64,000 nucleotides of DNA. Source: an uncultured bacterium. GTDB lineage: Bacteria > Oederibacteriota > Oederibacteriia > Oederibacteriales > Oederibacteriaceae. The stretch lies in contig OZ218778.1 of assembly GCA_965112635.1 (NCBI GenBank), positions 864,001 to 928,000 on the forward strand, in the 5' to 3' direction. The notes beneath the pieces were generated by a model. It ran no database searches. It worked only from the letters and a program-made list of their open reading frames with translations, and was not told the DNA's origin. Made by a program: the position numbers and the translations under genes. Positions 18,851 through 31,556 of the stretch are shown here, piece by piece (the stretch's first letter is position 1; each line of letters starts with the position of its first letter).

Positions 18851-19222
18851 ATGTTTAGACCGTTCCAAAGGAGTTTAGTGAGACTGCGTTATTCCAGAAC
18901 CTTGCGGACCAAATGGGGAGGATTGCGGAACAAGTTCTTTTCTTGGGAATACGTTGTTTTATCCGTATTGCTCGTAGGTTTGTTCTTTTTTTTCACAGGG
19001 AAGAACGGGATCCTGGCGTTGATCCGGTTATCCAGTGAAAAGCAAAGAATAACAAGAGAGTTGGTAGAATTAAAAGCGAGCCAGCAGGAAATACAACGCA
19101 GGATCAATTCCCTAAAAAACAACCCCTATGAGGAAGAGAAAATCGCCAGAGAACAATTGGGTATGGCCAAACCAGATGAATATATCTACCGGTTCATCCA
19201 AGACCCAAAGGCAAAACATTAA
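18851..19222 (+). CDS. ftsB: septum formation initiator FtsB/DivIC family
   Basis: TM helix, GKNG, coiled coil, EKIAREQLGMAKPDEYIY. Confidence 0.85.
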   Translation: MFRPFQRSLVRLRYSRTLRTKWGGLRNKFFSWEYVVLSVLLVGLFFFFTGKNGILALIRLSSEKQRITRELVELKASQQEIQRRINSLKNNPYEEEKIAREQLGMAKPDEYIYRFIQDPKAKH

Positions 19223-19265
19223 TAAATGGTGGTAGAAGGGGGAGGAAGGCTTCAGGTATCAGGTC

Positions 19266-19295
19266 TTGACAATGGTTGCAATAGTTTTTTATACT
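19266..19295 (+). promoter_or_regulatory. sigma70-type promoter
   Basis: TTGACA-18 bp-TATACT. Confidence 0.55.
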
Positions 19296-19434
19296 CAATT
19301 ATTCGTATTTTCGTTCCATAAGCATTCCACCAGATGACCCGCCCTTCTCATGGTGCATCGTTTGGCCTGAGCAGGATAGATTAGACCCGTCAGGTCATGG
19401 GGCAAATCTATAGACAACCAAGGGGAACAGCATC

Positions 19435-19839
19435 ATGAACTATTCCGTAGGGGATATTGTCGAGGGTACCGTAACAAAAATAAGCAAGTTTAACGCCACC
19501 ATCGGCCTGCCAGACGGCAAACATGGTCAGGTGCGCATCTCAGAGATTGCCGTTACTTATGTCAAAGATATCAGGCACCACCTCAAAGAAAACCAAAAAA
19601 TCAAAGCCAAGGTGTTAGGCATAGGGCAGGACGGCCATCTGGATCTTTCCATCAAAAAGACCCTTTCCGACCAGGAACCCGTCCAGAAAAATAAGCAGGA
19701 AAAAAACGCCGTTCCCGAAAGCAAAAACCAGCCCCAATCTTCTTTGGGTCTGCCCGTTCCTTTTGAGGAAAGATTGAACCGCATTGCGAGGAACAGCGAA
19801 ACAAAATTGGATGAATTGAAAAAAAATATCCAGGGGTGA
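19435..19839 (+). CDS. S1 RNA-binding domain protein (YabR-like)
   Basis: VGDIVEGTVTKI, GQVRISEIA, LDLSIKK, FEERL tail. Confidence 0.85.
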   Translation: MNYSVGDIVEGTVTKISKFNATIGLPDGKHGQVRISEIAVTYVKDIRHHLKENQKIKAKVLGIGQDGHLDLSIKKTLSDQEPVQKNKQEKNAVPESKNQPQSSLGLPVPFEERLNRIARNSETKLDELKKNIQG

Positions 19840-19885
19840 GCGGGACCTGGAAAGCAGATCAAATTGTTTTGATTAAGGAAACCCC

Positions 19886-20374
19886 ATGGTTGAAATGAAA
19901 GTTAAGGGTATCGCGATCGACGCCACCAAGTATAACACCCCCGTCGTAATCCTCACCGATATGGAAGAGAAGCATATGCTTCCCATCTGGATAGGGCTTT
20001 TTGAGGCCAACGCCATCATCACGGCCATGGAAAACATCAGTGTGCCCCGCCCGCTCACGCATGATCTTATGAAGACCATGCTGGATACCCTGGGGGCCAC
20101 GATGACCAGCATTGTCGTGACCAAGTTCAGCGAAGGAACTTTTTACGCCGAGATCACTTTGGAAGCCAAAGAGGCCAAATACGTCATTGATGCAAGGCCT
20201 TCGGATGCAGTGGCTTTGGCTCTGAGGACCAAATCCCCGATCTATGTTTCGGAGAACGTGGTCCTAGAGGCCACCATCCTGGACGAGATGAAGATCAGTA
20301 AAGAAACCGAAGAGCTGAAAAAATGGCTGGAGAATCTGAAGCCCAGCGATTTCGGCAACAGCCCCATGCAATGA
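19886..20374 (+). CDS. bifunctional nuclease family protein (DUF151)
   Basis: LPIWIG, RPLTHDL, DARPSDAVALALR. Confidence 0.92.
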   Translation: MVEMKVKGIAIDATKYNTPVVILTDMEEKHMLPIWIGLFEANAIITAMENISVPRPLTHDLMKTMLDTLGATMTSIVVTKFSEGTFYAEITLEAKEAKYVIDARPSDAVALALRTKSPIYVSENVVLEATILDEMKISKETEELKKWLENLKPSDFGNSPMQ

Positions 20375-20377
20375 TCC

Positions 20378-20605
20378 ATGGAAAAAAAAGACTGGCGTCT
20401 GGTCCGGCAGCTCGGTGAGTTAAGTACAATAGGTCTCACTTTAGTTCTATCAACTTTTGTGGGTTTGGCTATTGGAATGGGATTAGATTATTGGCTAAAA
20501 TTCACCTATCCTTGGGGCTCAATATTTTTTTTATTGTTGGGAATAGTATCTGGATTCTGGAATATTATTAATACCGCTTTACCCAAGCAGGATAAAAAAA
20601 ATTAA
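20378..20605 (+). CDS. AtpZ/AtpI family small membrane protein
   Basis: two TM helices, IGMGLDYW motif, first gene of atp cluster. Confidence 0.8.
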   Translation: MEKKDWRLVRQLGELSTIGLTLVLSTFVGLAIGMGLDYWLKFTYPWGSIFFLLLGIVSGFWNIINTALPKQDKKN

Positions 20606-20624
20606 TAATTTTCTACACAATAAG

Positions 20625-21024
20625 GTGGAATATTCAAATAATGAGCAAGGAATACTTATGTATATTTTTTTATTTCAGCTATTAAAAAGAACCATATGGG
20701 TAGGGTTAGTTCTTTCCGCTCTATGCCTATTCCTGGGTAAAGGTTGGTGGGCTTTTGGAGTTCTTATCGGAGCAAGTTTGACATTAATTAGTTTAGTTAT
20801 AATGTCACGCGGGGTTGAAAAGGCATTACAACTAACAGTCCTAAAAGCGAAGGTTTATATGTGGGTTACCAGTTTTGTAAGACTAATTTTTGTTTCTCTA
20901 ATTGTCGTTTTACTATTTGAACTGAAAATTGCGCTAGGATTAGGTGCTATAATTGGCCTTTTATCAGTTGTTATAGCATTGACAACTTCATTACTTATCC
21001 CTTTTAAAAGAATTCAAAAGGAGA

Positions 21025-21044
<20 letters not shown>
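20625..21044 (+). CDS. atpI: ATP synthase subunit I (4 TM)
   Basis: four hydrophobic helices with FVRL motif, directly before atpB. Confidence 0.65.
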
Positions 21045-22213
<1,169 letters not shown>

Positions 22214-22231
22214 ATTAAAAAGGAAGACTCA

Positions 22232-22726
22232 ATGGTTGAGATTGACTTAAAAACACTTTTAGTACAAGTTTTTACTTTTCTAATTGGTGCTTTTTTGCTG
22301 TGGAAGACCGGTATCAGGTATTTTGCCGCGATCCTGGAAAAACGCAAAGAGCAAATTAAAAAAGACCTGGATCAGGCCCAAAATACCCGTCTCGAGGTCG
22401 AGAAGATCAAAGCGGATTTCGAAAAGCAATTGGCCGAGATGAAACAGAGGAGCCAGCAGCGCCTGGCAGAAGCCGTGCAGGAAGGCAACCAACAAAAGGC
22501 CAGAATGCTGGAAGAGACCAAAGCTGAGGCCAAAGCCCTGCTGGACAAAGCCAGCCAGGATATCGAGCGGCAGATGCAGTCTGTAAAAAAAGAGATCAAG
22601 AACGAAGTGGTTTCCTTGGCTATGCAGGCGGCGGAAAAGGTAGTGGGACGAACCGTGGACCAAGCTGCCCAGAAAAAACTGGTCGAGGATTTCTTGAAAG
22701 ATTTGGCCGGCAGCACCATAAATTAA
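22232..22726 (+). CDS. atpF: ATP synthase F0 subunit b
   Basis: N-terminal TM plus long coiled coil. Confidence 0.92.
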   Translation: MVEIDLKTLLVQVFTFLIGAFLLWKTGIRYFAAILEKRKEQIKKDLDQAQNTRLEVEKIKADFEKQLAEMKQRSQQRLAEAVQEGNQQKARMLEETKAEAKALLDKASQDIERQMQSVKKEIKNEVVSLAMQAAEKVVGRTVDQAAQKKLVEDFLKDLAGSTIN

Positions 22727-22780
22727 CACCTTTTTGCCGAGCTAAGAAAATTTATTTCAGAAGAAGATCAGGAGAGAAGA

Positions 22781-23320
22781 TTGAAGCACCCCTTATTGGC
22801 CAAGCGGTATGCCCGGTCGCTCTGGGCGGTCGCGGCTGAACAAAAGAATACGGACCAGGTGGAACAAGCTCTTGGCCGGTTCTGCGGTTTATTGGAGCAG
22901 AACCCGGACCTGGCCAAATTCGTCAGCCATCCTTTAGCCAGCAAGCAGGACAAGCTCAAGGTGGCCCAAGAGGTGTTGGGTGGTGAAGCTCCAGAGGTGT
23001 TTATAAAATTTCTCTCTCTGATTTTCGAAAAAAGGGCAGACCTTTCCTTCCGCCAAATCTTTGAGCAGTACCAACTGTTTTCTCGGGAATCCAAGGGACA
23101 GGTCCAGGCCGAGGTTGTTTCCAGCGCTTTGCTTTCCGAACAGGAAAAAAAGCAGCTACAGGAGATACTCAAGGGAAAACTGCAAAAAGATGTTCTTTTA
23201 AAAGAGAGCGTGGACCCCGGGCTCATGGGTGGTCTCATCGTCAAGGTAGGCGACAAAGTGTGGGACGGATCGTTGGGCGCCAGACTCAGAGCTTTAAGAG
23301 AGCAGCTGCTGCAGAATTGA
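22781..23320 (+). CDS. atpH: ATP synthase F1 subunit delta
   Basis: AKRYARSL, VDPGLMGGLIVKVGDKVWDGS. Confidence 0.93.
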   Translation: MKHPLLAKRYARSLWAVAAEQKNTDQVEQALGRFCGLLEQNPDLAKFVSHPLASKQDKLKVAQEVLGGEAPEVFIKFLSLIFEKRADLSFRQIFEQYQLFSRESKGQVQAEVVSSALLSEQEKKQLQEILKGKLQKDVLLKESVDPGLMGGLIVKVGDKVWDGSLGARLRALREQLLQN

Positions 23321-23369
23321 AAGTCTTAGATCTTGAATTAGAAAATAAAAAAGAAAAGAGGGGATTGCA

Positions 23370-24884
23370 GTGCAGATCAAGGCGGAAGAAATAACTTCCA
23401 TCATCAAGAAACAGATCCAGGGTTTTGACCAAAAATTGCAGATGGCCGAGGTTGGGACGGTCATCCAGGTCGGGGACGGCATCGCCCGTGTCTGGGGCCT
23501 ATCCCGAGCCATGTCCTCGGAGCTGGTGGAATTCCCCAACAACGTCTTTGGACTGGTCCTCAACCTGGAGCAAGAGAACGTGGGCTGCGTCATTTTAGGC
23601 GATGACAAGTTGATTAAGGAAGGCGATACGGTCAAATGTACCGGCCGCATCATGCAGGTCCCTTCCGGGGAAGCCCTTTTAGGAAGGGTGGTCAACGCTT
23701 TGGGCCAGCCCCTAGACGGCAAAGGCCCCATCAACACCAAGACTTTCCGACCCATTGAGTACAAGGCCGCCGGGGTCGTGGACCGCCAGCCGGTCAAAGA
23801 ACCCCTGCAGACCGGCCTCAAGTGCATTGATGCCATGACCGCCATTGGGCGGGGGCAACGCGAACTCATCATCGGGGACCGCCAGACCGGCAAGACTGCG
23901 GTTGCGATTGACACCATTATCAACCAAAAAGGCGGGGACGTCATCTGCATCTATGTGGCCATTGGACAAAAGCAATCTACCGTAGCTCAGGTCATCAAGA
24001 CCCTGACGGATTTTGGCTGCATGTCCTATACCATCGTAGTCTCGGCCACGGCGTCTGACCCGGCCCCTTTGCAGTATATTGCTCCTTACGCGGGATGTGC
24101 CATGGGAGAAGAGTTTATGCTCCGGGGCAAACATGTACTTATTATTTATGACGATCTGTCCAAGCAGGCCACGGCTTACCGCCAGCTGTCCCTATTACTG
24201 CGCCGTCCTCCGGGTCGTGAAGCCTATCCGGGGGATGTCTTTTATCTCCACTCCCGGTTGTTGGAGAGGGCGGTCAAGCTCTCCGATGAAAAAGGCGGAG
24301 GCTCCATCACCGCGCTGCCCATTATTGAAACGCAGGAAGGCGACTTTTCTGCTTATATCCCGACCAATGTCATTTCTATCACGGACGGCCAGATCTATTT
24401 GGAAAGCAATTTGTTCTACTCCGGCATCCGTCCGGCCATGAACACCGGGCTTTCGGTCTCCCGTGTGGGAGGCAATGCCCAGGTCAAGGCCATGAAACAG
24501 GTGGCAGGTCTTCTTAAGCTCGAACTGGCCCAGTACCGCGACCTAGCGGCTTTTGCCCAGTCGGGGAGTGACCTGGACAAGGCCACACTGGCCCAGTTGC
24601 GGCGCGGGGAACGCATGGTGGAGCTTTTAAAGCAGGACCAATTCAGGCCCATGCCCGTGGAACAGCAGATTATTTCCATATATGCGGGAACCAGCGGCGC
24701 CATTGATGACCTGGCCGTGGACTCGATCGCCAAGTTTGAAAAGGGACTGCTGGAGTTCTGCCGGAAAAAATACAGCGATGTGCTCTCGACCATCAAAGAG
24801 AAGAAAAATTTGACAGACGATTTGAAAAAGAAAATGGACCAGATCATTCAGGAATACAAAACCCAGTTCAAGGCGAACCAATAA
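23370..24884 (+). CDS. atpA: ATP synthase F1 subunit alpha
   Basis: [29 protein letters not shown]. Confidence 0.99.
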   Translation: MQIKAEEITSIIKKQIQGFDQKLQMAEVGTVIQVGDGIARVWGLSRAMSSELVEFPNNVFGLVLNLEQENVGCVILGDDKLIKEGDTVKCTGRIMQVPSGEALLGRVVNALGQPLDGKGPINTKTFRPIEYKAAGVVDRQPVKEPLQTGLKCIDAMTAIGRGQRELIIGDRQTGKTAVAIDTIINQKGGDVICIYVAIGQKQSTVAQVIKTLTDFGCMSYTIVVSATASDPAPLQYIAPYAGCAMGEEFMLRGKHVLIIYDDLSKQATAYRQLSLLLRRPPGREAYPGDVFYLHSRLLERAVKLSDEKGGGSITALPIIETQEGDFSAYIPTNVISITDGQIYLESNLFYSGIRPAMNTGLSVSRVGGNAQVKAMKQVAGLLKLELAQYRDLAAFAQSGSDLDKATLAQLRRGERMVELLKQDQFRPMPVEQQIISIYAGTSGAIDDLAVDSIAKFEKGLLEFCRKKYSDVLSTIKEKKNLTDDLKKKMDQIIQEYKTQFKANQ

Positions 24885-24887
24885 AAA

Positions 24888-25757
24888 ATGGCCCAGTCAC
24901 GTGAACTCAGACAGCGAATCAAGAGCGTCGGCAACATTCAGAAGATCACCAAGGCCATGAAAATGGTGGCCGCGGTCAAGATTCGCAAAGCGCAGGAGAC
25001 CATAGTCAAGGCCAGGCCCTATGCCCTCAAGATGAAAGAAGTGCTGCAGGATGTGGCCTCCACGGTGCCTGCGGACGATCATCCTTTGCTGCGGGCCAAG
25101 GTTACCAAAGGCCTTGTCCCCAAGACCCTGCTGGTGGTCGTCACCGCGGACAAAGGGATGTGCGGCTCGTTCAACGCCAACATAGTGCGGCGGGCCAACG
25201 CGTTCCTTAAAAATTTTGACAAGGATAAAGTAGAGCTCCTGATCGTGGGCCGTAAAGGCCGTTCTTCGATGGGAAAGACGAACTTCCCGATCTATAAGGA
25301 TTATGTCAATATTTTCAGGAACCTGGGATATGATGCCGCTTCGGCCATCGGCCAGGATGTCATTGACCGGTTCGTCCGGAGGGACATCCAGGAGGTCACG
25401 ATCATCTACAACGAGTTCAAGTCGGCCCTGCAGCAGAGGGTAGTCGAGGAAAGGCTGCTGCCCCTGGCCCGGCCCGAAGGGGGAGATAAAAAAAGAGGTT
25501 CGGAATATATGTTCGAGCCCGCGGGCAAGGCGCTGCTGGAGGTCCTGCTTCCCCGGTCCTTGAAGATCCAGGTTTACCGGGTGCTTTTGGAGTCCCAGGC
25601 GGCCGAGCTATCCGCACGGTTGATGGCCATGGACGCGGCCACCAAGAACGCGGGGGAGATGATCATTACCCTGACCCGGACGTACAACCGCATCCGACAG
25701 GCCGGCATCACCAAGGAAATTCTGGAAGTGGTCTCGGGCGCGGAGGCTTTGAACTAG
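24888..25757 (+). CDS. atpG: ATP synthase F1 subunit gamma
   Basis: KITKAMKMVAA, ADKGMCGSFN, RQAGITKEILE. Confidence 0.98.
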   Translation: MAQSRELRQRIKSVGNIQKITKAMKMVAAVKIRKAQETIVKARPYALKMKEVLQDVASTVPADDHPLLRAKVTKGLVPKTLLVVVTADKGMCGSFNANIVRRANAFLKNFDKDKVELLIVGRKGRSSMGKTNFPIYKDYVNIFRNLGYDAASAIGQDVIDRFVRRDIQEVTIIYNEFKSALQQRVVEERLLPLARPEGGDKKRGSEYMFEPAGKALLEVLLPRSLKIQVYRVLLESQAAELSARLMAMDAATKNAGEMIITLTRTYNRIRQAGITKEILEVVSGAEALN

Positions 25758-25785
25758 TTTAAAAAATGGTCTAAATTTTAAATAG

Positions 25786-27207
<1,422 letters not shown>

Positions 27208-27228
27208 TTAATCTAAAGAAGAGGAAGC

Positions 27229-27654
27229 ATGGCCCAAGAGGTAGCGCTAAAGACATTTGAGGTGGAACTTTTGACCCCGGAGCGGATGGTTTTGAAACAA
27301 ACGGCCAGGTCCGTGGTCTTGCCGGGCAGCCAGGGTGAGCTGGGAGTTTTAGCGGGCCACGCCTCGCTTCTTACCGCTTTGACCCGGGGCAGGCTCAAGA
27401 TTAGCGACAGCCAGGGCAAAGCGCAGATCTTCAGCGTGACTGGCGGGTTCGCCGAGGTGCAGGGTAAAAGGGTCATTATCCTGGCTGACGCGGCTGAAAG
27501 AGCCGACCTTATTGACGTGGAGCGAGCTCAGCGGGCCAAACAGCGCGCCCTGGAACGCCTGGCTCAGAAAAAAGAAGACATTGACCTGGCCAGGGCCAGA
27601 GCTGCCTTGGCCAGAGCCGAAAACCGTCTCAAAGTTTCTGGTAAAGAAGAATAA
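27229..27654 (+). CDS. atpC: ATP synthase F1 subunit epsilon
   Basis: LLTPE, GELGVLAGHA, GGFAEV, C-terminal helices. Confidence 0.95.
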   Translation: MAQEVALKTFEVELLTPERMVLKQTARSVVLPGSQGELGVLAGHASLLTALTRGRLKISDSQGKAQIFSVTGGFAEVQGKRVIILADAAERADLIDVERAQRAKQRALERLAQKKEDIDLARARAALARAENRLKVSGKEE

Positions 27655-27689
27655 TCGATTTCAATATCTTCCTTAAAGGTGGGTAAAAG

Positions 27690-28208
27690 TTGAGAAAGGG
27701 ATTTATTGCAGGTTTGACCATCGGATTGGTCTGGCTGACAACGGCCTGCGCTCCGGGCGGGGTCAGCATCATCAAAAATCTACCGGGGCCATTGACCCAA
27801 TACCAGAGCGTAGCGGTCAGCGTCGTGGGCCCGCAGGCAAGCGCAGAGCAGAAGACCATGGTCAAGAACCTCCTGATGGCCAGCCTGGGGAGCACGAGGA
27901 AATTTCAGAACATCTACGACTACGACAACGGCAATGATTCCGAGAAAACCCAGCTTTTGCTCAGGGTCTTCATCACCAAGATAGCCGAGATAGACCGTTC
28001 AACTTTGAACATGTCCCATGCCCTGGAGGCCCCTCCGTCATCCATCACCATGGATGTCAGTTTTGTGGATGCCAAAACAAGCGCGACTACAGGGGAGATA
28101 TCAGCCTACGGAGAGAGCATCCGGAAGAGCCAGGGCCAGTCAGAGATCGAAGTGGCGGCTTCCGCGGCCATCCAGCATGTGGTTGATTTCATCAATCAAA
28201 ATCAGTAG
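27690..28208 (+). CDS. putative lipoprotein
   Basis: signal peptide with lipobox-like LTTAC. Confidence 0.65.
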   Translation: MRKGFIAGLTIGLVWLTTACAPGGVSIIKNLPGPLTQYQSVAVSVVGPQASAEQKTMVKNLLMASLGSTRKFQNIYDYDNGNDSEKTQLLLRVFITKIAEIDRSTLNMSHALEAPPSSITMDVSFVDAKTSATTGEISAYGESIRKSQGQSEIEVAASAAIQHVVDFINQNQ

Positions 28209-28313
28209 ACACTCCAGCGTTTTTCAGCAAAAAATCAATTCTGTGTAACTTTTTGGTCTTGTTATTTGTATATATATACAGAAGGTCAGAGAAAGCCTAA
28301 AAAGGAGGAAAAC

Positions 28314-29024
28314 ATGGAAAAGCTCAGAAAATGCAAGGTTTTGGTCATGCTGGTATTTTTATGCTTGTTCGTCATTTCTTATTCCAATAGTTTTGCCTGG
28401 TGGCATGGCGGGCCGGGAGCAAGGTATTTCTGGCATGACGGCCGATGGTGGTGGAGGCACGGCTGGTACGGCTTGGATGTCGTGGTTCCCGCACTTTATA
28501 TCGGGGCAATGGTAGAGAGCCTTCCCTATGGTTATACGGTCGTCAGAGCTGGCGGTGTACCCTACTATTATTATGACGGTTGGTATTATCGGCCCTGCCC
28601 CGAAGGATATATGGTCGTGAACAGACCCGTGATCGTCGATAACACCACGGCTGCCCCAGCGCCTTTACTAGCTACGCCCATTCCCGTTGCGAGCGACGAG
28701 GGTAAAGCAGTGACCATCAGGGTCCCCAACAATAAAGGCGGTTTTACTCCGGTCACTTTGACCAAACATAACAACGGTTATATTGGGCCAGAGGGTGAGT
28801 TTTATGAAGGCAATCCCAGCGTGGAAAAACTAAAAGCTTTATACGGTAACAAAGAGGCAACCATTGCCGATGTCAACACTGTGACCATAAAAATTCCTAA
28901 TGCGGACGGTAGTTTTTCTTCCGTGACCCTGACCAAGTATAAAAAAGGGTACCTGGGACCACAGGGAGAATACTACGAAGGCCATCCCAGCGTTGATGAG
29001 TTAAAGGCGCTTTACGGGAAATAA
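28314..29024 (+). CDS. secreted protein with W/Y-rich N-terminal region (DUF6515-like) and two copies of a 47-aa repeat domain
   Basis: GGAGG SD before ATG 28314; signal peptide; LPYGY..V..GG.PYYYYDG.YY motif; duplicated C-terminal unit. Confidence 0.75.
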   Translation: MEKLRKCKVLVMLVFLCLFVISYSNSFAWWHGGPGARYFWHDGRWWWRHGWYGLDVVVPALYIGAMVESLPYGYTVVRAGGVPYYYYDGWYYRPCPEGYMVVNRPVIVDNTTAAPAPLLATPIPVASDEGKAVTIRVPNNKGGFTPVTLTKHNNGYIGPEGEFYEGNPSVEKLKALYGNKEATIADVNTVTIKIPNADGSFSSVTLTKYKKGYLGPQGEYYEGHPSVDELKALYGK

Positions 29025-29981
29025 ATGAGGTAAAAAGTGAAGATGCAGAAGTTACTACCCATCATGGCAACATTACTGTACATCTTTGTACCTAATCTCT
29101 GGGCTGGAAGCCGGGAGGGTGAATTAGGTTTAAATCTTGACATGCAGTTCGACAATGCCGCCATGCAAGATTTTAATAATAGCTTGACCAGCCAGGGGTT
29201 TTCCAGCCTAGCCAGCGGATTGGGTGGAGGTTTTGGCCTGACCTACGGCTTGACGAAACATCTGGAGGCTGGGATAGGTATTGATTTTCTGGATGTTTAC
29301 AGCACTACGGACGCCGTATTTGGCCATGGGCCATGGAGCAACTACACCCTTGACCTTCCTTTGGACGAGTTTCAGTTCAAGATAGGGTATGTTTTCCCCG
29401 ATGTGGTCAAGCGAGTCGATCTCAAGGCCAACATAGGTATTGCTTATGAGTCCATGACAGGAGGAGACAGCAGTAATGTGCCTGGCTTTTCAGGCACTAA
29501 TTTTAACGCTAGTGGATTAGGAATGCTGTATTCAGTGGGAGCGGAATTTTTTGGATTTTCCAATGTTTCCTTTGGGTTGGATTTGGGTTACCGGCAGGCT
29601 GATCTAAGTCCCGTCAGCTTATCTGGGGCCAATACAGGTAATATGATTTCTGCTAGTGGGTCCAATGCCATGGCTAATTTCGGCGGGCTTTTCACTAAAC
29701 TGAGTTTTAATTGTTATTTTGGACCTCCCATGGAAAAACCAGAGTATGTTATTCACCGGCGTTTAGCGCCTGGTGTTTACGAGGTCGTTCCCAACCAGGA
29801 GAACATCACTCCGCAATCTCCTCTCCAGCAGAGTGAGGTTGTCAACATCAATGTCCCTAATTCCAATGGGGGCTACACCCCGGTCAAGCTGACCAGGCAC
29901 GGCCAGGGCTATGTCGGGCCGCAAGGCGAGTATTACGAGGGTTATCCAAGCATCGACCAACTCAAGGTTTTGTATGGTAAT
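28710..29981 (+). repeat. three copies of a 47-codon protein module (28710-28850, 28881-29021, 29841-29981)
   Basis: consensus VxIxVPNxxGxFTPVxLTKxxxGYxGPQGEYYEGxPSVxxLKALYG seen in all three copies. Confidence 0.9.
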
Positions 29982-29984
29982 TAG
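29037..29984 (+). CDS. outer-membrane beta-barrel-like protein with C-terminal 47-aa module
   Basis: signal peptide; alternating aromatic/Gly beta-strand pattern (GLTYG, GAEFF, GLDLGYR); C-terminal repeat module. Confidence 0.65.
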   Translation: MKMQKLLPIMATLLYIFVPNLWAGSREGELGLNLDMQFDNAAMQDFNNSLTSQGFSSLASGLGGGFGLTYGLTKHLEAGIGIDFLDVYSTTDAVFGHGPWSNYTLDLPLDEFQFKIGYVFPDVVKRVDLKANIGIAYESMTGGDSSNVPGFSGTNFNASGLGMLYSVGAEFFGFSNVSFGLDLGYRQADLSPVSLSGANTGNMISASGSNAMANFGGLFTKLSFNCYFGPPMEKPEYVIHRRLAPGVYEVVPNQENITPQSPLQQSEVVNINVPNSNGGYTPVKLTRHGQGYVGPQGEYYEGYPSIDQLKVLYGN

Positions 29985-30127
29985 GGGTTAGCTTATCAAG
30001 TTAAAAAATTTTGAATTTTATTCTTTTAAACAACCAAATGGCTTACTTAAAACCATAAGTTGTTATTTTCTTTTTACCTTCCCTTGGCATGGTAGAATGA
30101 AAGAAATTTTAATGGGGAGTCATTGCG

Positions 30128-30874
30128 GTGTTTAGAAAATATTGGACAGGAAAACTGGTCGCTTTTGTCATCTTCATTATTTTCCTGAGCTGTTCCCAAC
30201 CCAGCCATGAATCCATCAAAATTAACCACCTGGAAAAAGGCATTGAGCTTTATAAAACCGAGCATTTCGCAGCAGCACGGCTGGAGCTGGAACAGGCGGT
30301 CCGAGAAGACCCGGAAGAAGTTTTGGCCCATAATTTTCTTGGCCTGCTCTACAAGCGCCGCGGGATGATCAGCATGGCCATCAAGGAATTTGAGGCGGTC
30401 ATTACACTGGACGAGGATAATGCCCAGGCTTATGTGACCCTTGCCAGGCTTTACCAGCGGGTAGGCAACTATGACCAAGCCGTGGCTGCGGCCATGCAGG
30501 CCAGTCAATTGGACCCCAAGGTCGGCGGCATGCATGATGTGCTGGGGCTGGCCTATCTCAACCAGGGTAAATATGACCAGGCACTCAAAGAGTTCGCGGG
30601 AGCCGTGGAGGATAAAAAGAATCTCGCTTGGGTTTATAACAACATGGGCCTTACCTATATCGTGATGGCCAATTATCATAAAGCTGTTGGAGCCCTTTTG
30701 AAATCCATCCAAGCCGACCCTAAGAATCCTTTAGTCTATAATAATTTGGGGATTGCTTATGAACATCTGGGGCTATATCCCATGGCCGCGGATCAATATA
30801 GAAAAGCGCTCAAAATTGACCAAAATTACGTTAAGGCCAAACAAAACCTCCTCCGCATCGCCTCCAAGGGTTGA
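30128..30874 (+). CDS. TPR-repeat lipoprotein
   Basis: lipobox-like IFLSC; multiple AHNFLG/YNNLG TPR units. Confidence 0.85.
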   Translation: MFRKYWTGKLVAFVIFIIFLSCSQPSHESIKINHLEKGIELYKTEHFAAARLELEQAVREDPEEVLAHNFLGLLYKRRGMISMAIKEFEAVITLDEDNAQAYVTLARLYQRVGNYDQAVAAAMQASQLDPKVGGMHDVLGLAYLNQGKYDQALKEFAGAVEDKKNLAWVYNNMGLTYIVMANYHKAVGALLKSIQADPKNPLVYNNLGIAYEHLGLYPMAADQYRKALKIDQNYVKAKQNLLRIASKG

Positions 30875-30886
30875 TCCGTTTCTCTT

Positions 30887-31537
30887 ATGAATCATGCCAA
30901 ACAAATAAAAGTTGGGATAAAGTTTCTGGCCAAAAGGGACAGGGTTTTAAGAGGACTCATCAAACAGGCCGGGCCCCTGGAACTAAAACCCGGCCTCAGT
31001 CAAGATCTTTTTTTACCGCTGGCCAGAACCATTATTTTCCAGCAACTGCACGCTAAGGCCGCGTCCAAGATTTTGGGCAGGCTGCAAAACCTTTTTCCAG
31101 GCAAAAAAATGACTCCCCAAAGACTTTTGCAAAAGTCCAACAGGCTGCTGCGCCAAGCCGGTCTATCCCAAAATAAGATGCTGGCGCTCCAAGATCTGGC
31201 CACCAAACACAGCCAGGGGCTTGTTCCTACCAAAAAGCAGCTGTCTGGCCTGACTGACCTGGAGATAATTGACAGGCTCACGCAGATCAGGGGCATCGGC
31301 CCCTGGACCGTGCACATGCTGTTGATCTTCAGGCTGGGGAGGTTGGATGTGCTGCCCACCGGAGATTTTGGGGTGAGGAACGGGTTCCGCCTGGCCTATA
31401 AAAAGAGAAAAATGCCCACGCCCAAGGAGTTGGAAACTTTTGGGGAGGGGTGGAAACCTTACCGTTCCTTAGCTGCCCTTTATTTATGGCGTGTGGTGGA
31501 TTTGCAAAACGGTACTGACTCTACAGGATGGAATTAA
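30887..31537 (+). CDS. DNA-3-methyladenine glycosylase II (AlkA/HhH-GPD family)
   Basis: IIFQQL, LTQIRGIGPWT HhH, LPTGD, WKPYRS. Confidence 0.9.
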   Translation: MNHAKQIKVGIKFLAKRDRVLRGLIKQAGPLELKPGLSQDLFLPLARTIIFQQLHAKAASKILGRLQNLFPGKKMTPQRLLQKSNRLLRQAGLSQNKMLALQDLATKHSQGLVPTKKQLSGLTDLEIIDRLTQIRGIGPWTVHMLLIFRLGRLDVLPTGDFGVRNGFRLAYKKRKMPTPKELETFGEGWKPYRSLAALYLWRVVDLQNGTDSTGWN

Positions 31538-31556
31538 TAATTAATAGGGAGGAAAA

